DNA of 64,000 bases, taken from Takakia lepidozioides. Lineage: Eukaryota > Plantae > Bryophyta. Numbering within the stretch: position 1 is the stretch's first letter; every line of letters starts with the position of its first letter. Below, piece after piece: positions 62,097 through 64,000 of this stretch. The position numbers and the translations under genes are program-made. The DNA lies in NCBI GenBank assembly GCA_030704615.1, contig CM060731.1, positions 71,362,001-71,426,000 on the forward strand, in the 5' to 3' direction. The notes below the pieces were generated by a model. That model had not been told where the DNA came from, searched no databases, and saw only the letters and a program-made list of their open reading frames with translations.

Positions 62097-64000
62097 TTGA
62101 AGGACTTAGGAGCACTGAAGGGTCAAGAGATTCGCATTGAATTGGCTACTGACACGCCAATCTTTCGGAGACCCTACAGATACAGTGACATGGAGAGGTC
62201 CTTGATTCAGATGAGAACTCAGGACCTTTGGGAGGCTGGTTTGGTGGAGTTATCTGGGGGAGAGTATGCTTCAGCCACAGTGATGCCAGCCAAGAAGGAT
62301 GTCTTTGGCAATTGGACGGAGAGACGTATGTGCGGTGATTACCGGCCTGTAAATCGTCAGACCAAGTTCGATAGGTATGCCATGCCAACACCAGAGGAGA
62401 TCTTTGATGCCATTGGGCATGCCAAGGTCTTTAGCACGTTGGATTTAAGATCCGGATATCACCAGTTGCCGATCAAGGAGGCGGATAAGCAAAAGACGAC
62501 ATTATGGGGGATCAATGAGCACGGGAAGGATTGCCTATACCAGTGGCGGTTCTTACCATTTGGGCTTAAGAATGCTCCGGCAGAGTTTCAGAGAGTCATG
62601 GACAGGATTCTAGCAGGGGTGGAGTTTACTCGGTGCTACATAGATGACATCATCATCTTTAGTGCTATGGTGGAAGAGCATGAGAGACACCTTCAGGGGG
62701 TATTTGAGCGCTTGAGGGCGCACGGATTGAAGTTACATCCGGGAAAGTGCAAGTTTTTCCACAACCAGATTGAGTATTTGGGTCACATGATATATCCTGG
62801 AGGATTGGGGGTACAGCAGACTAAGGTAGAGTCCATTGCACAGGTTCCACGCCCCACGGATGTGAGCCAAGTTTGAGCTTTCATGGGGTTAGCAAACTAT
62901 TATAGACTGTTTGTTAAGGGATTAAGTGCCATTGCAAAGGCTCTAACCAAGCTGACCAAGGTGGACCAGGAGTGGCAGTGGGAAGATGAGCAAGAACAAG
63001 CTTTTCAAGAGCTCAAGGCGAGGTTGACCTCGGCACCCATCTTGAGACGACCTATCAGGGGGCGTCCTTTTCAGCTGCTTACAGATTGGAGCATGCTGGG
63101 GCTTGGAGCGGTGCTCACACAGGTGGATGATGAGGGAAGAGAGTTCGTAGTGGCTTATGCTAGCCGCTCGAACAACGTTGCAGAGTCTAAGTATAGCTCA
63201 TATGAGGGAGAATGCTTAGCTGCAGTGTGGGCCGTGGCACACTTCAGGTGCTATCTATACGGCAATCTCTTCACCCTTGTCACGGATCACCAACCACTCA
63301 AGTGGTTGATGGAGTCAGACAAGCTTACGGGGAAGCTTGCACGGTGGGCACTCATCCTTCAAGAGTATGACTTTCAGGTGGTGCATCGACCGGGTTTGGT
63401 CAATCACAATGCAGATGGGTTGAGTCGCAATCCATGCACGAGCCAACATGATGACACTGGAGCTCGGTGGCATGGTGAGACAGACGAGGAGATGGTGCCC
63501 GGATGGCATGCATCTGCATTTCTGTGTATCTTGGCAGCGGAAGGCCAGGTTGGACCTGCAACAGGGATGATTGTAGATCAAGTGTCTGAGGACCCTGAGG
63601 CCAGCAATGAGCAAGGTGACGCCAAAGATATACATGAGGATTCAGTTGTGTTGGACTACCTCCGCACTGGAGACACTGCAGCCACTGTGACTGCCAAGGA
63701 GAGGGATCGGATCCTACAACGAGCCAAGAGGTTCAAGTGGGAGGGGACACACCTGCTCCAAGTGTAGTAGGATGGTCGAGTGAGGATTGTGCCTCACCCA
63801 ACACAGCGGGCACGGTTAGTGCGGCATGCCCATGAGGAGTTGGGGCATTTTGGGGTGCGACGCACTCATAGTCTACTGCAGGGGCAGTATTGGTGGCGTG
63901 GTATGCACACAGAGGTGCAACAATTTGTGGCTAGGTGCATGGTGTGTGATAGGGTGCGTGCTTCATTCAACACCCCTACTCCACAATTGCACCCTCTTCC
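62097..64000 (+). pseudogene. Family B RT, RNase H and start of integrase
   Basis: Same frame as the protease and DNMT. YIDD at 62637-62648. Stops at 62874 and 63765-63770. Confidence 0.93.

Larger units (their letters stand above)
58547..64000 (+). mobile_element. Second Ty3/gypsy family ('family B') encoding a DNA cytosine methyltransferase in pol; 5'-truncated and runs off the window
   Basis: Gag remnant with knuckles CWTCGGPHVKRDC and CGHCGKYGHGDAQC; protease VLLDSRA..YDVLVG; DNMT domain; RT LDLRSGYHQ..PFGLKNAP..YIDD; RNase H TDWS..EGEC..TDH..NADGLSR; integrase zinc finger HEELGH..CMVC. Confidence 0.93.

Overview
Eukaryotic nuclear DNA, almost certainly from a land plant with organellar C-to-U editing (inferred from a spliced mannose-6-phosphate isomerase gene and a PLS-class PPR-DYW relic; probably a bryophyte, lycophyte or fern, which I cannot resolve). 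The first 14.5 kb is gene-like: a five-exon PMI gene with one GC-AG intron, a PPR-DYW pseudogene, two inverted copies of a tRNA-derived SINE and an unidentified decayed coding region. From 14.5 to 58.5 kb lies a nested pile of one non-chromoviral Ty3/gypsy family ('family A': ~1-kb LTRs, tRNA-Arg-like PBS, three Gag zinc knuckles, and a reconstructed ~1250-codon extra ORF after integrase). It has at least six copies or fragments, two inversions, a 2.2-kb TGT...ACA insertion with a 4-bp TSD and a trapped intron-containing ParB/Srx-like (DGNHR) gene fragment. The main highlight is a second, unrelated Ty3/gypsy element at 58.5-64 kb. Its pol frame carries a full C5 cytosine DNA methyltransferase domain (motifs I-X in canonical, DNMT3-like order) between the protease and reverse transcriptase. 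All alignments were done by eye; no database searches were run.
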